A DNA stretch of 64,000 bases from Dictyostelium discoideum (lineage: Eukaryota): NCBI GenBank assembly GCA_000004695.1, contig CM000152.2, positions 2,688,001-2,752,000 of the forward strand, read 5' to 3'. Numbering within the stretch: the stretch's first letter is position 1; each line of letters starts with the position of its first letter. A model generated the notes under the pieces. That model was not told the origin of the DNA, ran no database searches, and was given only the letters and a program-made list of their open reading frames with translations. The translations under genes and the position numbers were made by a program. Shown here piece by piece: positions 1 to 11,294 of this stretch.

Positions 1-54
1 ACTTTATTTGTTTTTTGAAAAAAAAAAAATTTAGGGTCAGTGATTTTTTTTTTT

Positions 55-113
55 CACTACGCTACTGTAGTGAAATTAAATAATAAAATTCACTACGCTA
101 CTGTAGTGAAATT
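55..113 (+). repeat. Tandem direct repeat (2 x 23 nt, 36-nt period). Each copy is an 8-bp-stem hairpin TTCACTAC-gcta-GTAGTGAA in the leader upstream of pol.
   Basis: cactacgctactgtagtgaaatt occurs at 55-77 and 91-113. Each copy is self-complementary. Confidence 0.6.
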
Positions 114-174
114 TTATTGAAAATTCCCTACAACACCGACTCTCAAATGTTTAATCGTCCCAAACAGAGAAAAC

Positions 175-3100
175 ATGGATAAACCCAAGATTATAATTAA
201 CTCTCATTCCAAAGAAAAACAATTCAAATTAATTCTCGATACTGGAAGTAATGTTAGTTTAATCAATAAGAGGTTGATTTCAAAAGATATGAAGAACCAC
301 GTTCACAAAACCAAAGCCAAGATTAACTTCCCGCTACTAGACGTCAAAGAAGAGTTTGTTGAACAAATCAATATGCAAGTTAACAATGAAATTCATAACT
401 TCTTTATTATAGAATTGGATATCATTGATGTACTTTTCGGTAATGATATCCTTAAGGACTCTATCATTAACCAAAAAGATAAAATAATCAAGTTGAATAA
501 TAGTACATACAAAATTAATTATCAACAGTCGAATCAATTACATTGTAATGTAAAAGCTCCAAGAAAACATGTTACCGTATCCAATGATAATCAGTCACAT
601 AATCTACTGGATGATGATGAAGATATCAAAGAACAAGTTACAAAGTTTGTTGAAAGCATTCCTTCACAACTTTGTGATATACTGGTTAAAACTAATCCAG
701 AAGAAGAAGAGATACAAGCAGTACGAGATTTCATTAATGACTCATTCGAAGATGTTATAGTAGATAAACTTCCTGATATTCCAGATCAGATTAACAATTC
801 CAGAAGAGGTAATATCATACATAATATCATAATCAAGAAAGGTCAAGATGTTGAACCAACAAAGAAACAAATCTATTACTCAACAGATGATCATAAGAGA
901 CATGTCGAAGAGATGGTTCTCAAATTTATAGACTTAGGTATTATCAAAAGATCAGAATCAAATTACTCATCTCCAATCATGTTATTAAAGAAGAGAGATT
1001 CATGGCGTGTAGTCCACGACTATCGTCAACTAAATAAAGTCACTGTTAGAGACGATCATCCATTCACTCCGGTTGATAGTCTTTTAAATCAATGTAAAGA
1101 TTCAAAGCTTTTCTCAAAGTTTGACATGATTATGGGTTATTTCCAAGTGTTAATTAATCCAGAACACGCAAAGTACACCGCTTTCATTACACATATTGGT
1201 AAATTTGAATATACTAGAATGCCACAAGGTTTAGTCAACTCTCCATCCACATTCGCCAGATTGATGGTCGAAATATTTGGAAAAATCAAAAGTTTATTAC
1301 AATACTTTGATGATCTTTTGGTTCATTCAAAACTCGACTACATGGTACATTTCATTGAAATCATTAGAATGCTTCTATATTGTAGAAAGTACCTATTATT
1401 CATTTCAAGAGAAAAGAGTGAAATGTTAAAGACTGAAGTTGATTTCCTTGGTTTTCACATTCATAAAGATGGTATATCTCCAAGAGCTGCAAAGGTTAGA
1501 GCTATCTCTGAGTTACCTGAACCAAGAAACGCCAAAGAAGCTGAAGCTGCATTAGGTCTTTTTGGATTCTTCAGGAGACACATTGAAAATTACGCTGAAA
1601 AAACCTATCACCTTTCCAAAGAATCAAAAGGGAAAAACAAGAAAACTCTTTCTGATGAATCACTCAAAGAATTCAATAATCTAAAGAAAGAGTTTGAAGG
1701 TGAAAATATTGTCGCTATTCCAATTGAACAAGATAACTCCATATCAATAGATATCGAAAAGGTTAAAGCATCAACAGACATGCCAATCCATTCAGATAAT
1801 AATAATATAAACAATGGTAGTTTTCACTTGTATTGTGATGTTAGTGATAAAGCATTATCAGGTGTGTTATATCAAATCCAAGGTGATAAATTCAAAGTCA
1901 TTTGGTTCCACAGTAGAAAACTTACTGATACTCAAAAGAGGTACAGCATAGGTGATAGAGAGTTCCTTTCAATCATTGATTCTCTAAAGAAGTTTCAACA
2001 TTTATTAATTGGTAAAAAGGTTTCAATCTACACTGATCACCAAAATCTTACATATATTATCAATAAGTCAAACGATAAACCGTTCACAAAGAGACAAGAT
2101 AATTATATGAAATATATTAAAGAATTTGATTATGAATTAAGACATATAAGTGGTAAAAAGAATGGTATAGCTGATTTCTTGTCTCGTAAATATGATAATT
2201 TCCAATGGGATGAATCGTTTTTAAATAAAATTAAGGAAGAACAAATCAATTCTCAATGGCTATTAGAGATGAAAAAGAATCCAAATTTATGCATTGAAGA
2301 AATTAATGATATCTGCTACCTTAGTGAAGATGGGTTCAAGAAATTAATCATCATAGATAAAGAAACTATTCATACCGTCATTAGAGAATATCACGATACC
2401 AAATATAGTGGTCATCACGCTTTAGATATCACATACAATAATATAAGACAAGATTACTATTTCAAAGAAATGTTTTCTATTATCAAGAGGTACATAAAGT
2501 CTTGTGCAACATGTCAATTGAACATTAACCGTAAAGATAATGGTATACTCCAAAGTTTAGAAATTCCCTTTGAAGTTTGGAGAGATATATCAATCGATTT
2601 CTTATCGCTACCAAAAACAATGTATGCAATAAACGGATTTACAGTTGAAGTCGATCAAGTTTGTGTCATTGTTTGTAGATTATCTAAAATGGTTCATATA
2701 GTTCCATGTCATAAGACAATAGATGCCCAACATACTGCTCAATTATTGTTGAATCATGTGTTCAGACTCCATGGTTATCCAAGAACAATCGTCTCCGATA
2801 GAGATCCAAGGTTCCTTTCAGAAATATGGGAGAGATGGGCAAAGACGATGGATTCTAAACTCAAGATGACTGTGGCACACAGAGCACAAGCTGATGGTCA
2901 AACTGAAAGAATGAATAGAGAAATTATTAGAATATTAACTAAAGCCTCTACAGAGTATGGGGAGAATTGGTCAGATATCATTCCACTTATTGAATTTGCA
3001 ATGAACTCATCAATGAGCAAGTCTACAAAGATGTCACCATTCCAAATCGTTTATGGATTCAATCCACCAACTCCCGTTAATCACTTCAATTCATTAACAA

Positions 3101-3897
3101 AGACTCGTATACCAATGAGCAACATCAAAAAGATTGTCCGTGATAATATACTAGATGCTCAAATCAATGCTCAAAAGTACTACAACCGAGGTCGTGGTGA
3201 TGTTATCTTCGTAGTCGGAGAAAAGGTTATGGTTAAAAGAAAATTCTTCCAAACTAACCTTTCAAAAGATCTAATCTCTCATAAACTTGAATCCAAGAAT
3301 TGTGGACCATTCATAATCACTGCCGTTCATGGTAATAATGTAACACTCGATTTAGTAGGTTATCCAAAGAAACACAATGTGTTCAACAAGGATCAAATCG
3401 TAAAACTATATGAGGACAGTGAGTGGTTAAGAGAAGAGATATCGATGCCCGAACCTGAGGAGATGGACGAAGCAAGTTACGAAGTTGAAAGTATTCTCAA
3501 TCACGATAAAGTCAAAAAGATGTACCTAGTGAAGTTCAAAGGTTACCCAGAACCTGAATGGATCAAAGAAGTCGATACAGACTGTGAAGAGTTAGTCAGA
3601 GAGTATTGGAATAACGTGCAGAAGAAACAATTGAACTCAAGAAGAGAAAGAGAGAATGTAACTACAGAAGCCGTTGAGCCAATTGTGTCACCTCCGCTCT
3701 CCCAAGAAGTTCAAAGTTCTCAAACATTGCAACCAATTACTCCAAGACAACAAAACTCCATCTCAAATCAAAGAAACCAATCAAAGAAAAGAAAATCAAG
3801 AAATCAAAATACTCAAAGTGATGATGATGAACTTGATCTTAGTTTACAAATTAAAACAACTAGATCAGGAAGAAAAGTTACACCCAAGAGTTTATAG
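175..3897 (+). CDS. pol polyprotein: aspartic protease, reverse transcriptase, RNase H, integrase, C-terminal chromodomain.
   Basis: Motifs LILDTGSNVSLI (PR), YFDDLLVHS (RT), HHALDITY...CATCQ (IN zinc finger), YEVESILNHDKVKKMYLVKFKGYPEPEWIKE (chromodomain). 1240 aa with no stops. Confidence 0.85.
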   Translation: MDKPKIIINSHSKEKQFKLILDTGSNVSLINKRLISKDMKNHVHKTKAKINFPLLDVKEEFVEQINMQVNNEIHNFFIIELDIIDVLFGNDILKDSIINQKDKIIKLNNSTYKINYQQSNQLHCNVKAPRKHVTVSNDNQSHNLLDDDEDIKEQVTKFVESIPSQLCDILVKTNPEEEEIQAVRDFINDSFEDVIVDKLPDIPDQINNSRRGNIIHNIIIKKGQDVEPTKKQIYYSTDDHKRHVEEMVLKFIDLGIIKRSESNYSSPIMLLKKRDSWRVVHDYRQLNKVTVRDDHPFTPVDSLLNQCKDSKLFSKFDMIMGYFQVLINPEHAKYTAFITHIGKFEYTRMPQGLVNSPSTFARLMVEIFGKIKSLLQYFDDLLVHSKLDYMVHFIEIIRMLLYCRKYLLFISREKSEMLKTEVDFLGFHIHKDGISPRAAKVRAISELPEPRNAKEAEAALGLFGFFRRHIENYAEKTYHLSKESKGKNKKTLSDESLKEFNNLKKEFEGENIVAIPIEQDNSISIDIEKVKASTDMPIHSDNNNINNGSFHLYCDVSDKALSGVLYQIQGDKFKVIWFHSRKLTDTQKRYSIGDREFLSIIDSLKKFQHLLIGKKVSIYTDHQNLTYIINKSNDKPFTKRQDNYMKYIKEFDYELRHISGKKNGIADFLSRKYDNFQWDESFLNKIKEEQINSQWLLEMKKNPNLCIEEINDICYLSEDGFKKLIIIDKETIHTVIREYHDTKYSGHHALDITYNNIRQDYYFKEMFSIIKRYIKSCATCQLNINRKDNGILQSLEIPFEVWRDISIDFLSLPKTMYAINGFTVEVDQVCVIVCRLSKMVHIVPCHKTIDAQHTAQLLLNHVFRLHGYPRTIVSDRDPRFLSEIWERWAKTMDSKLKMTVAHRAQADGQTERMNREIIRILTKASTEYGENWSDIIPLIEFAMNSSMSKSTKMSPFQIVYGFNPPTPVNHFNSLTKTRIPMSNIKKIVRDNILDAQINAQKYYNRGRGDVIFVVGEKVMVKRKFFQTNLSKDLISHKLESKNCGPFIITAVHGNNVTLDLVGYPKKHNVFNKDQIVKLYEDSEWLREEISMPEPEEMDEASYEVESILNHDKVKKMYLVKFKGYPEPEWIKEVDTDCEELVREYWNNVQKKQLNSRRERENVTTEAVEPIVSPPLSQEVQSSQTLQPITPRQQNSISNQRNQSKKRKSRNQNTQSDDDELDLSLQIKTTRSGRKVTPKSL

Positions 3898-3922
3898 TCC
3901 ACCTCTGAGCCATAGCTAGCCT

Positions 3923-3940
3923 AAAGAAGGAAGGGGAAGG
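3923..3940 (+). other. Polypurine tract (PPT) priming plus-strand synthesis.
   Basis: aaagaaggaaggggaagg is immediately followed by TGTTAG at the start of the 3' LTR. Confidence 0.6.
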
Positions 3941-4431
3941 TGTTAGAGACTCAAAACTAAATTAATTTAAAGTTAGTATGAGCTCAACAACGTAACAAAT
4001 TCGCGCATCTCCATATAAAAATATTTCATTTAATTTTTATTTTTATTTTTTAATTTTTTATTTTTTCAGTCAAAAAATAAAAAATTAAATTAAAAAAAAT
4101 TAAATTAAATTAAAATTTAAAAAAATAATAAAAATTCTGATTTTCGGTTTAGTTGGCATAACGCCCTTACTTTTAATTATCTCTTTTATGTATGTTTACT
4201 TTTATGATATTAGTCTTTCACTCTTTCTATCCTTCATATTAAAATACATTACTTTAAAGATTGGACTGTTTGATTTAAGATTGAATAAATGTGACAATGG
4301 ATTGAAGATTAGTGTGAGTGACTTTTACACTATCGGAGATGAATCATTTAATAATTTGTCAATAGGTAATGTATTAGGAAATGCAAATGCTCCAAACCCA
4401 ATGGAAAACCAGAGAATAATAATTAGAAGAC
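3941..4431 (+). repeat. 3' LTR of the chromodomain element. Starts TG, ends CA, about 491 bp. Its end is inferred from the junction with the inverted TRE module.
   Basis: Starts right after the PPT with TGTT. Ends ...agaagaCA where TRE module sequence (cagcaaagaaaaatgcacc, the reverse complement of ctttaaaggtgcatttttctttgctg at 9290-9315) begins. The 5' LTR is outside the window, so length is unconfirmed. Confidence 0.45.
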
Positions 4432-4439
4432 ACAGCAAA

Positions 4440-4800
4440 GAAAAATGCACCTTTAAAGCAAATTTAAAGAAAAGTTGATTTAAATTGGATTTAAATTGAA
4501 TTTAAAGCCGCGTTTAAAAAATTCATTTTTAAGGTAATTTTTAAGGTAATTTTTAAGATATTTAAAAATGCCTTTAAAATTTGCTTTAAAATAAATTTTT
4601 AAGCAATTTTAAAGGTGATTTTAAAGGTGATTTTAAAGGTGATTTTTAAGGTAATTTTTAAGATAATTTTTAAGATATTTAAAAATACCTTTAAAATTTA
4701 TTTTAAATTAATTTTAAATAGGATTTAAAGTAGATTTAAAGTAGATTTAAAGTGAATTTAAATTTCCTTTAAACATAAATTTAAGGTTTTTAATATCTTT
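4440..4800 (-). repeat. TRE non-coding module copy in inverted orientation.
   Basis: Reverse complement of the unit at 8940-9310. It is followed by a plus-oriented TRE 3' end plus poly(A) (4797-4962). Confidence 0.65.
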
Positions 4801-4913
4801 TGATCAATTCATATGATTAAAATAACCCTTCAGCTTAAATGATAAGCCTTTAAATAAATATTAAATAAAACTCGTATTAACACAGATGGACATATATCAA
4901 TCTTGTTAATCCA

Positions 4914-4965
<52 letters not shown>

Positions 4966-5289
4966 AAGCGATTAAAAAGGTAATTTTAAAGGTAATTTTA
5001 AAGGTAATTTTTAAGGTGATTTTAAAGTAACCTTAAAAATTACCTTTAAAATTACCTTTAAAATTGCTTTAATTCGGGACTTTAAAGCAAATTTAAATTT
5101 AATTTAAAGCGAATTTAAAGGTGGTTTTTTCTTCGCTGTGGAGTTCCAAGGCCAACTGTTCCACCAATCCAAGAAACAGTGCAAATAACCACAAACCCAC
5201 GTGTAACATACATATTGGAATACGAAAGTCTTCAAAAAGTTTGTCAAAGTAAATACTATTCAGATGGCGATGTATGTTACCAGATTAAT

Positions 5290-5335
<46 letters not shown>

Positions 5336-5608
5336 TTAAATAAATAGGTTTCAAATTTCTTTATTACTGGAATAATTAAACAAGCTGGTGGTAGTAACGA
5401 AGATTGTACCAGTCAAAATATTTTTGCAAGGTTAACGAAATGGGTAAGTAATAAGGAAAGTAACCCAAGAACAAAAGTAGCTGGCAGTTTAGCCATTTAT
5501 TCAAAAGGTGAGAAAAACCACAATTTTAAAGTTTATATTTTCGATAGCCAAGTATTTTTTGGTAATGAAATTGTGTGTATAAATTAATATAATCAAAATT
5601 TACAAATA

Positions 5609-5651
<43 letters not shown>

Positions 5652-6478
5652 AAATATAGTTTTCCCCTGCTTTACTTTCTCTTTTTCTCAACCACATTAA
5701 TTATGAAAATTATCAAAATGATATTTTCATAAAAGAGTTTGTTGACTCTTGTAAAACAGGTGAAGAGAAACACTGGTACCCAGATTCAGTTCCTTTAATA
5801 AAGAGATTAATTTCAATATTAAATGATTTTAGTAGTAAATTTGACTCTAAGGCTAAAATGAGAAAAGATGCACAAGAAGCTTTTCAATTTCCTAATTCTG
5901 CACTTTACTTAAATTCTTCCCAATAAAAGTTTTAAAATAATTTTTAAAATTTAAAAATAAATTTTATTATTAAAAAATAATATATCTGTGTATTTTATTT
6001 TTCACTTAAAATTTTATTTCATACTATAGTTTTAAAATAATTTTTAAATTTTTTTTATTTATTTTTGTAGCATTATTAATAAGGTGCTTTTAAATGTAAT
6101 TATTAATAAACTTTAAAATTCAATTTTTAAGGAGCTTTAAAATGTAATTATTAATATAATTTTTAATCATATTTTTAAGTAATTTTAAAGAGCATTATAA
6201 AGATAATTTTAAAGGGCATTTTAAACTTAATTTTAAAGAGCATTATAAAGGTAATTTTAAAGGTCATTTTAAAGGTAATTTTCAAGGTCATTTTAAAGGT
6301 GATTTTAAAGGTGATTTTAAAGGTGATTTTAAAGGTCATTTAAAAAATTGCTTTTAAATTAATTTTTAAGTGACTTTTTTATAGGACTTTAAATCCACTT
6401 TTAATTTAATTTAAAGTTGCTTTAAAGGTGTAATTTTCATCGCTGTGAATCGAAGCCATCAGAATTTCAAATAACCTA

Positions 6479-6952
6479 ATGGATATGGACCAACTAAATA
6501 AAAGACCCACCTTCTCAAGAACGATACACAACACAAACAATAACCTCACAAGAATCTTGGAAAGGAGACTAGACAGAATATACCTTAACAATAGCTTAAT
6601 CAACTACAGCCAATTATACTTAAGGAACCTAATCCCCCCAAAAATTAACGACATACCTCTATCAGATCACAACTTCCTATCAACCACTTTCACTCTACCC
6701 AACATACAGATGAACAAGCGCAGATGGAGATTAAAAAAATCCTCAATCCTCTCAAGCATAATGCTTAAGAAAATAGACTTCCTACTTAACGATTATTCAA
6801 GGGAGCTGTCATCCAACCATAACTCTATTTCCTTCTCTCAACTCAACAGCTTACTGAACAAAATAAAACAACTATACACCGAATTTCAAAAACAAAACGA
6901 CTACAACAATAAGGCAAACATCAAAAATCTAATCTCCCTACTAGAGACATAA
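6479..6952 (+). pseudogene. TRE ORF2 fragment: C-terminal part of the apurinic-endonuclease-like domain, 5' truncated.
   Basis: ...DRIYLNNSL...IPLSDHNFL (SDH motif at the end of APE-type EN). Preceded by module repeats (5990-6450). A stop separates it from the RT ORF. Confidence 0.6.
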
Positions 6953-7027
6953 TTTAAAGACCAAGCCTTCGCAACCCTTTCAGCAATAAATGAATCTAAA
7001 AAAAGAGAAGAACAACTTAAACAAGAA

Positions 7028-8215
7028 TTGAACAACTATTGCGAAGAAACCTCACTCAAGTACATCTCCGCGAGAATCAAGAAAAGACACAATGATTTCA
7101 CCATCAACGCAGTAAAAGATGTACAAGGTAGAACAAATAACAAACAGGAATTGATCGAAGAAGAATACGTAAAATATTACTCAAATCTTTATGACTACAA
7201 AGAAGATGACCCACTATCTCATTACGAAATGTTGGAAAATTGGACAGTGACCAGGGACTCAACATGGGACAACCTTGAAAATGAATTCACCTCACAAGAA
7301 ATCCTAGAAGTAATAAAACAACTGAACCCACACAAATCTCCAGGTCCAGATGGAATTCCAAACTTATTCTACATAACACACAAAGAAAAACTAGCTCCAA
7401 TACTGGCCTCAGCATTCAACGACACTCTAAGAAATCCTCATCTAAATAGCAAAAATTACAAAGAAGGCCTCATTATCACGATACCTAAAAAGGGAGACCC
7501 CGAACTAATCAAAAACAGAAGACCAATTACACTGGCTAACTGTATATATAAAATCCACTCAAAGCTAATAAACAATAGAATAATCCCAATACTAACGAAA
7601 GTGATCAACCACTATCAAAAAGGTTTCGTACCAGGCAGATTCATTATAGATAATATCATATCAATGAACGAATTAATCAACTATTGTAATGATAAAAGAA
7701 TTAACGGAATAATTACACTATATGATTTCGAAAAAGCTTTTGACTCGATCTCACACGGTTCAATACTTAGATCACTACAACACATCAACATTCCAACCAA
7801 TATAATCAACCTGATAATGAATCTACTCACCAAATCTGAAGCAAGAATTGAAATTAATGGTAGAACTACTATACCCTTTGAGATCAAAAGAGGAGTTAAA
7901 CAAGGAGATCCACTATCACCCACACTGTTCGTCCTTGTAATAGAGGCTTTAGCTAGAAAAATTTTACAAGATGATCGAATTACTGGCCTTCCTCTAAACA
8001 ACAGCAACCACAGAGAGAAATTCCAAAGCTTTGCAGACGACTCGGCTTCAATGGTCCCAGACTCTCAACAACTTGAATTAGTACTACAACACTTCAATTC
8101 ATTTTGCAAAGCCACTTCCTCAAAACTAAACATCGACAAATCTTCATCAATTCTTATAGGCAACCCAGACAATACCAACACAGCGAAGAAAAAACCACCT
8201 TTAAATTCGCTTTAA
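7028..8215 (+). pseudogene. TRE ORF2 fragment: reverse transcriptase domain.
   Basis: PGPDGIPNLFY, LYDFEKAFDSISH and SFADDSA (YXDD-type) motifs typical of non-LTR RT. The ORF is interrupted at 8215 by 1.5 kb of module repeats. Confidence 0.75.
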
Positions 8216-9719
8216 ATTAAATTTAAATTTGCTTTAAAGTCCTGAATTAAAGCAATTTTAAAGGTAATTTTAAAGGTAATTTTTAAGGTTACTTTAAAAC
8301 CACCTTAAAAATTACCTTTAAAATTACCTTTAATTACCTTTTTAATGGCTTTAAAAGCGAGGTCCTGAGTTCGAAGCCGTTATTTAACGGATAAATTTTT
8401 TAAAATTTTTTTTTTTAATTTTTCAAAAATTACCAAAAGGGATTCGATCCCCCGACCCTCTATCAAAGGGTAGTCTCATCAACCATTACACCATTTGATT
8501 GCTTTGATGAAAAATTTAAAAATGATAGAATATTTTATCCCCATTTTTTTGTTCTAAAATTACACAGCGAAGAAAAAACCACCTTTAAATTCGCTTTAAA
8601 TTAAATTTAAATTTGCTTTAAAGTCCTGAATTAAAAAAATTTTAAAGGTAATTTTAAAGGTAATTTTTAAGGTTACTTTAAAACCACCTTAAAAATTACC
8701 TTTAAAATTACCTTTAAAATTACCTTTTTAATGGCTTTAAAAGCGAGGTCCTGAGTTCGAAGCCGTTATTTAACGGATAAATTTTTTAAAATTTTTTTTT
8801 TTAATTTTTCAAAAATTACCAAAAGGGATTCGATCCCCCGACCCTCTATCAAAGGGTAGTCTCATCAACCATTAAACCATTTGATTGCTTTGATGAAAAA
8901 TTTAAAAATGATAGAATATTTTATCCCCATTTTTTTGTTCTAAAATTAGATCTTTTTTATTAAAAACCTTAAATTTATGTTTAAAGGAAATTTAAATTCA
9001 CTTTAAATATACTTTAAATCTACTTTAAATCCTATTTAAAATTAATTTAAAATAAATTTTAAAGGTATTTTTAAATATCTTAAAAATTATCTTAAAAATT
9101 ACCTTAAAAATCACCTTTAAAATCACCTTTAAAATCACCTTTAAAATTGCTTAAAAATTTATTTTAAAGCAAATTTTAAAGGCATTTTTAAATATCTTAA
9201 AAATTACCTTAAAAATTACCTTAAAAATGAATTTTTTAAACGCGGCTTTAAATTCAATTTAAATCCAATTTAAATCAACTTTTCTTTAAATTTGCTTTAA
9301 AGGTGCATTTTTCTTTGCTGTGTAGATCTTTTTTATTAAAAACCTTAAATTTATGTTTAAAGGAAATTTAAATTCACTTTAAATCTACTTTAAATCTACT
9401 TTAAATCCTATTTAAAATTAATTTAAAATAAATTTTAAAGGTATTTTTAAATATCTTAAAAATTATCTTAAAAATTACCTTAAAAATCACCTTTAAAATC
9501 ACCTTTAAAATCACCTTTAAAATCACCTTTAAAATCACCTTTAAAATTGCTTAAAAATTTATTTTAAAGCAAATTTTAAAGGCATTTTTAAATATCTTAA
9601 AAATTACCTTAAAAATTACCTTAAAAATGAATTTTTTAAACGCGGCTTTAAATTCAATTTAAATCCAATTTAAATCAACTTTTCTTTAAATTTGCTTTAA
9701 AGGTGCATTTTTCTTTGCT
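8195..9719 (+). repeat. Tandem duplications of TRE modules (units 8195-8560 and 8560-8940; then 8940-9310 and 9310-9720) inserted within ORF2.
   Basis: Near-identical about 365-380 bp units. They contain tRNA-like B-box-like motifs (gagttcgaagcc, gggattcgatccccc) and (ttttaaaggtnatt)n sub-repeats. Confidence 0.7.
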
Positions 9720-11162
9720 GTGAACCAAAGAATTCCAATATCTACAAATCCAGAAAGATACTTGGGATACTTCTTCACAGGTAAAGGGATAACAAGAAAA
9801 ATGCCAGAAATATTAAACACAATAAGATCATCCTTAGTACTATGGAAAACCACTGACTCAACAATCAAAACCAAAACCAACATCCTCAAAGCATTCGCAC
9901 TCTCTAAATTAACCTACTATTCATATGTAGAGAACTTTAAGGAAGAGGAATTAAACCAAATCAATAAATTAGTCGAATGGTTTTTATCGGCACCAAACAA
10001 CAAAAATGCTAGTGGATTTCAAGTTATTAATTTAATGAGAACCAAAAGAGCAAGATACCCACTAAAAGTAGGGGGCTGGAACATTTGGAATATAGAATTG
10101 AGACAACTGGCGCAGAAACTTTGGATCATAAACCAGTTCATCCTAGCACTAGAAACCAAACAAACAAACTCATCTCATCACAAAAGCTGGGAATATCAGA
10201 TCCAAAAAAACAAATTCACATCCAGATACCTAAAAGAAAACTTAGACGAATGGAACAAAATAAGAATAAAAAAAGCAATCTTCAACAATAATCTCACATC
10301 CATAAAAAACGAAAATGGACAACCACTTTCACTGGCAGAATGGTATACCACAATTCAAGACCAAAATCCAACCATCCCTAAAACGGAATTCCAATCATCT
10401 CTAAACTTAAGAGGCTACAGCTATAATCAACTCTTCAACAACATACTGAAGATAAAAGACCCTAAAACAAGAGACACAATGTTTAGATTCCATGCCAGAT
10501 GCCTTCCAATAAACTACCTTCACAACAAACAATGCCCACTCTGCAAAGAAGATATGAGCAAAGACCCATACGGTCACCTGTTCTTCTCATGCAAGAAAAC
10601 AAAACAATTCATAAAAATAAATAAACTCAAAAATTTCATCTATATTACCACAGGCAAAGGTAAAAACTGGCACCATACAAGAATTAGGCAAAATAACAAT
10701 TTCATTAATAGAATAACTCCAAAATTATCACCGACAGCCAAAAAAGATCAAGAAGTGAATGCAGATTACGCCAACCACAGATTCCACAAAGAATACTTTG
10801 AATGGAACTATAAAGCAATAGACTATGATCTAACCAGATCATTCGCATATAGAAACCTAATGGCCCTTATCCTCCACAACATTTGGATTTGGATTTGCAA
10901 TCAAATATACAGTGAAGATCCTTTAACAGATGAATCACTATCATACAGCTCCCTTCTAAAGAAATGGCACAAATTGGCCACTCTAGAATACATCAAAAAA
11001 GCAAAAGATCTGAAAAACTTATCAGCAAAAGACCATAATAACTTCAAAGATCCTAAGATCCTTCTCACTTCAACGATCAAGCTAAGAAAAACAACAGCTA
11101 ATTACTATTGTATTCCAGAATCATCTCTCCCAAATATTATATCTTTTGATCAATTCATATGA
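9720..11162 (+). pseudogene. TRE ORF2 C-terminal region with CCHC zinc knuckle. Ends at the element 3' UTR plus poly(A) (11163-11294).
   Basis: CPLCKEDMSKDPYGHLFFSCKK (C2HC). Its last codons (...PNIISFDQFI) match the 3' end also seen at 4797. Confidence 0.7.
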
Positions 11163-11259
11163 TTAAAATAACCCTTCAGCTTAAATGATAAGCCTTTAAA
11201 TAAATATTAAATAAAACTCGTATTAACACAGATGGACATATATCAATCTTGTTAATCCA

Positions 11260-11292
<33 letters not shown>

Positions 11293-11294
11293 TA

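Larger units (their letters stand above)
1..4431 (+). mobile_element. Ty3/gypsy-type LTR retrotransposon, chromodomain-containing (Skipper-like), 5' end cut by window edge. Internal region plus 3' LTR.
   Basis: Single ORF in the order PR(DTGS)-RT(FDDLL)-RNaseH-IN(HHCC zinc finger, DDE)-chromodomain. Polypurine tract directly before a TG...CA terminal repeat. No gag in the window. Confidence 0.8.
4432..11294 (+). mobile_element. Nest of TRE-type non-LTR retrotransposon fragments (TRE5-A-like A/B/C module repeats plus ORF2 pieces). At least three poly(A)-terminated 3' ends.
   Basis: Non-LTR RT and endonuclease ORF fragments. Tandem module units about 365 bp. Identical 3' UTR plus poly(A) at 4797-4962 and 11142-11294. 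A further oligo(A) 3' end at 5290-5325. Confidence 0.7.

Noticed and set aside
337-537. Short antisense or overlapping ORFs inside real genes (337..537, 1608..1814, 7681..8007, 13855..14271, 22020..22208, 26002..26232, 26761..27045, 30262..30553, 32050..32472, 38824..39237, 58291..58647, 61007..61336, 62932..63183).
   Set aside because: They overlap strongly supported CDSs in other frames or on the other strand. They have no motifs and are low-complexity.
4188-4478. 96-aa ORF in the 3' LTR / TRE module junction.
   Set aside because: It lies across the LTR end and the inverted TRE module. AT-rich, with no homology features.
8380-8520. tRNA-like T-loop/B-box motifs (gagttcgaagcc, gggattcgatccccc), possibly a tRNA gene.
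   Set aside because: No cloverleaf can be folded: no matching acceptor or anticodon stems. The motif is part of a repeated TRE module unit that is duplicated at 8745-8885.
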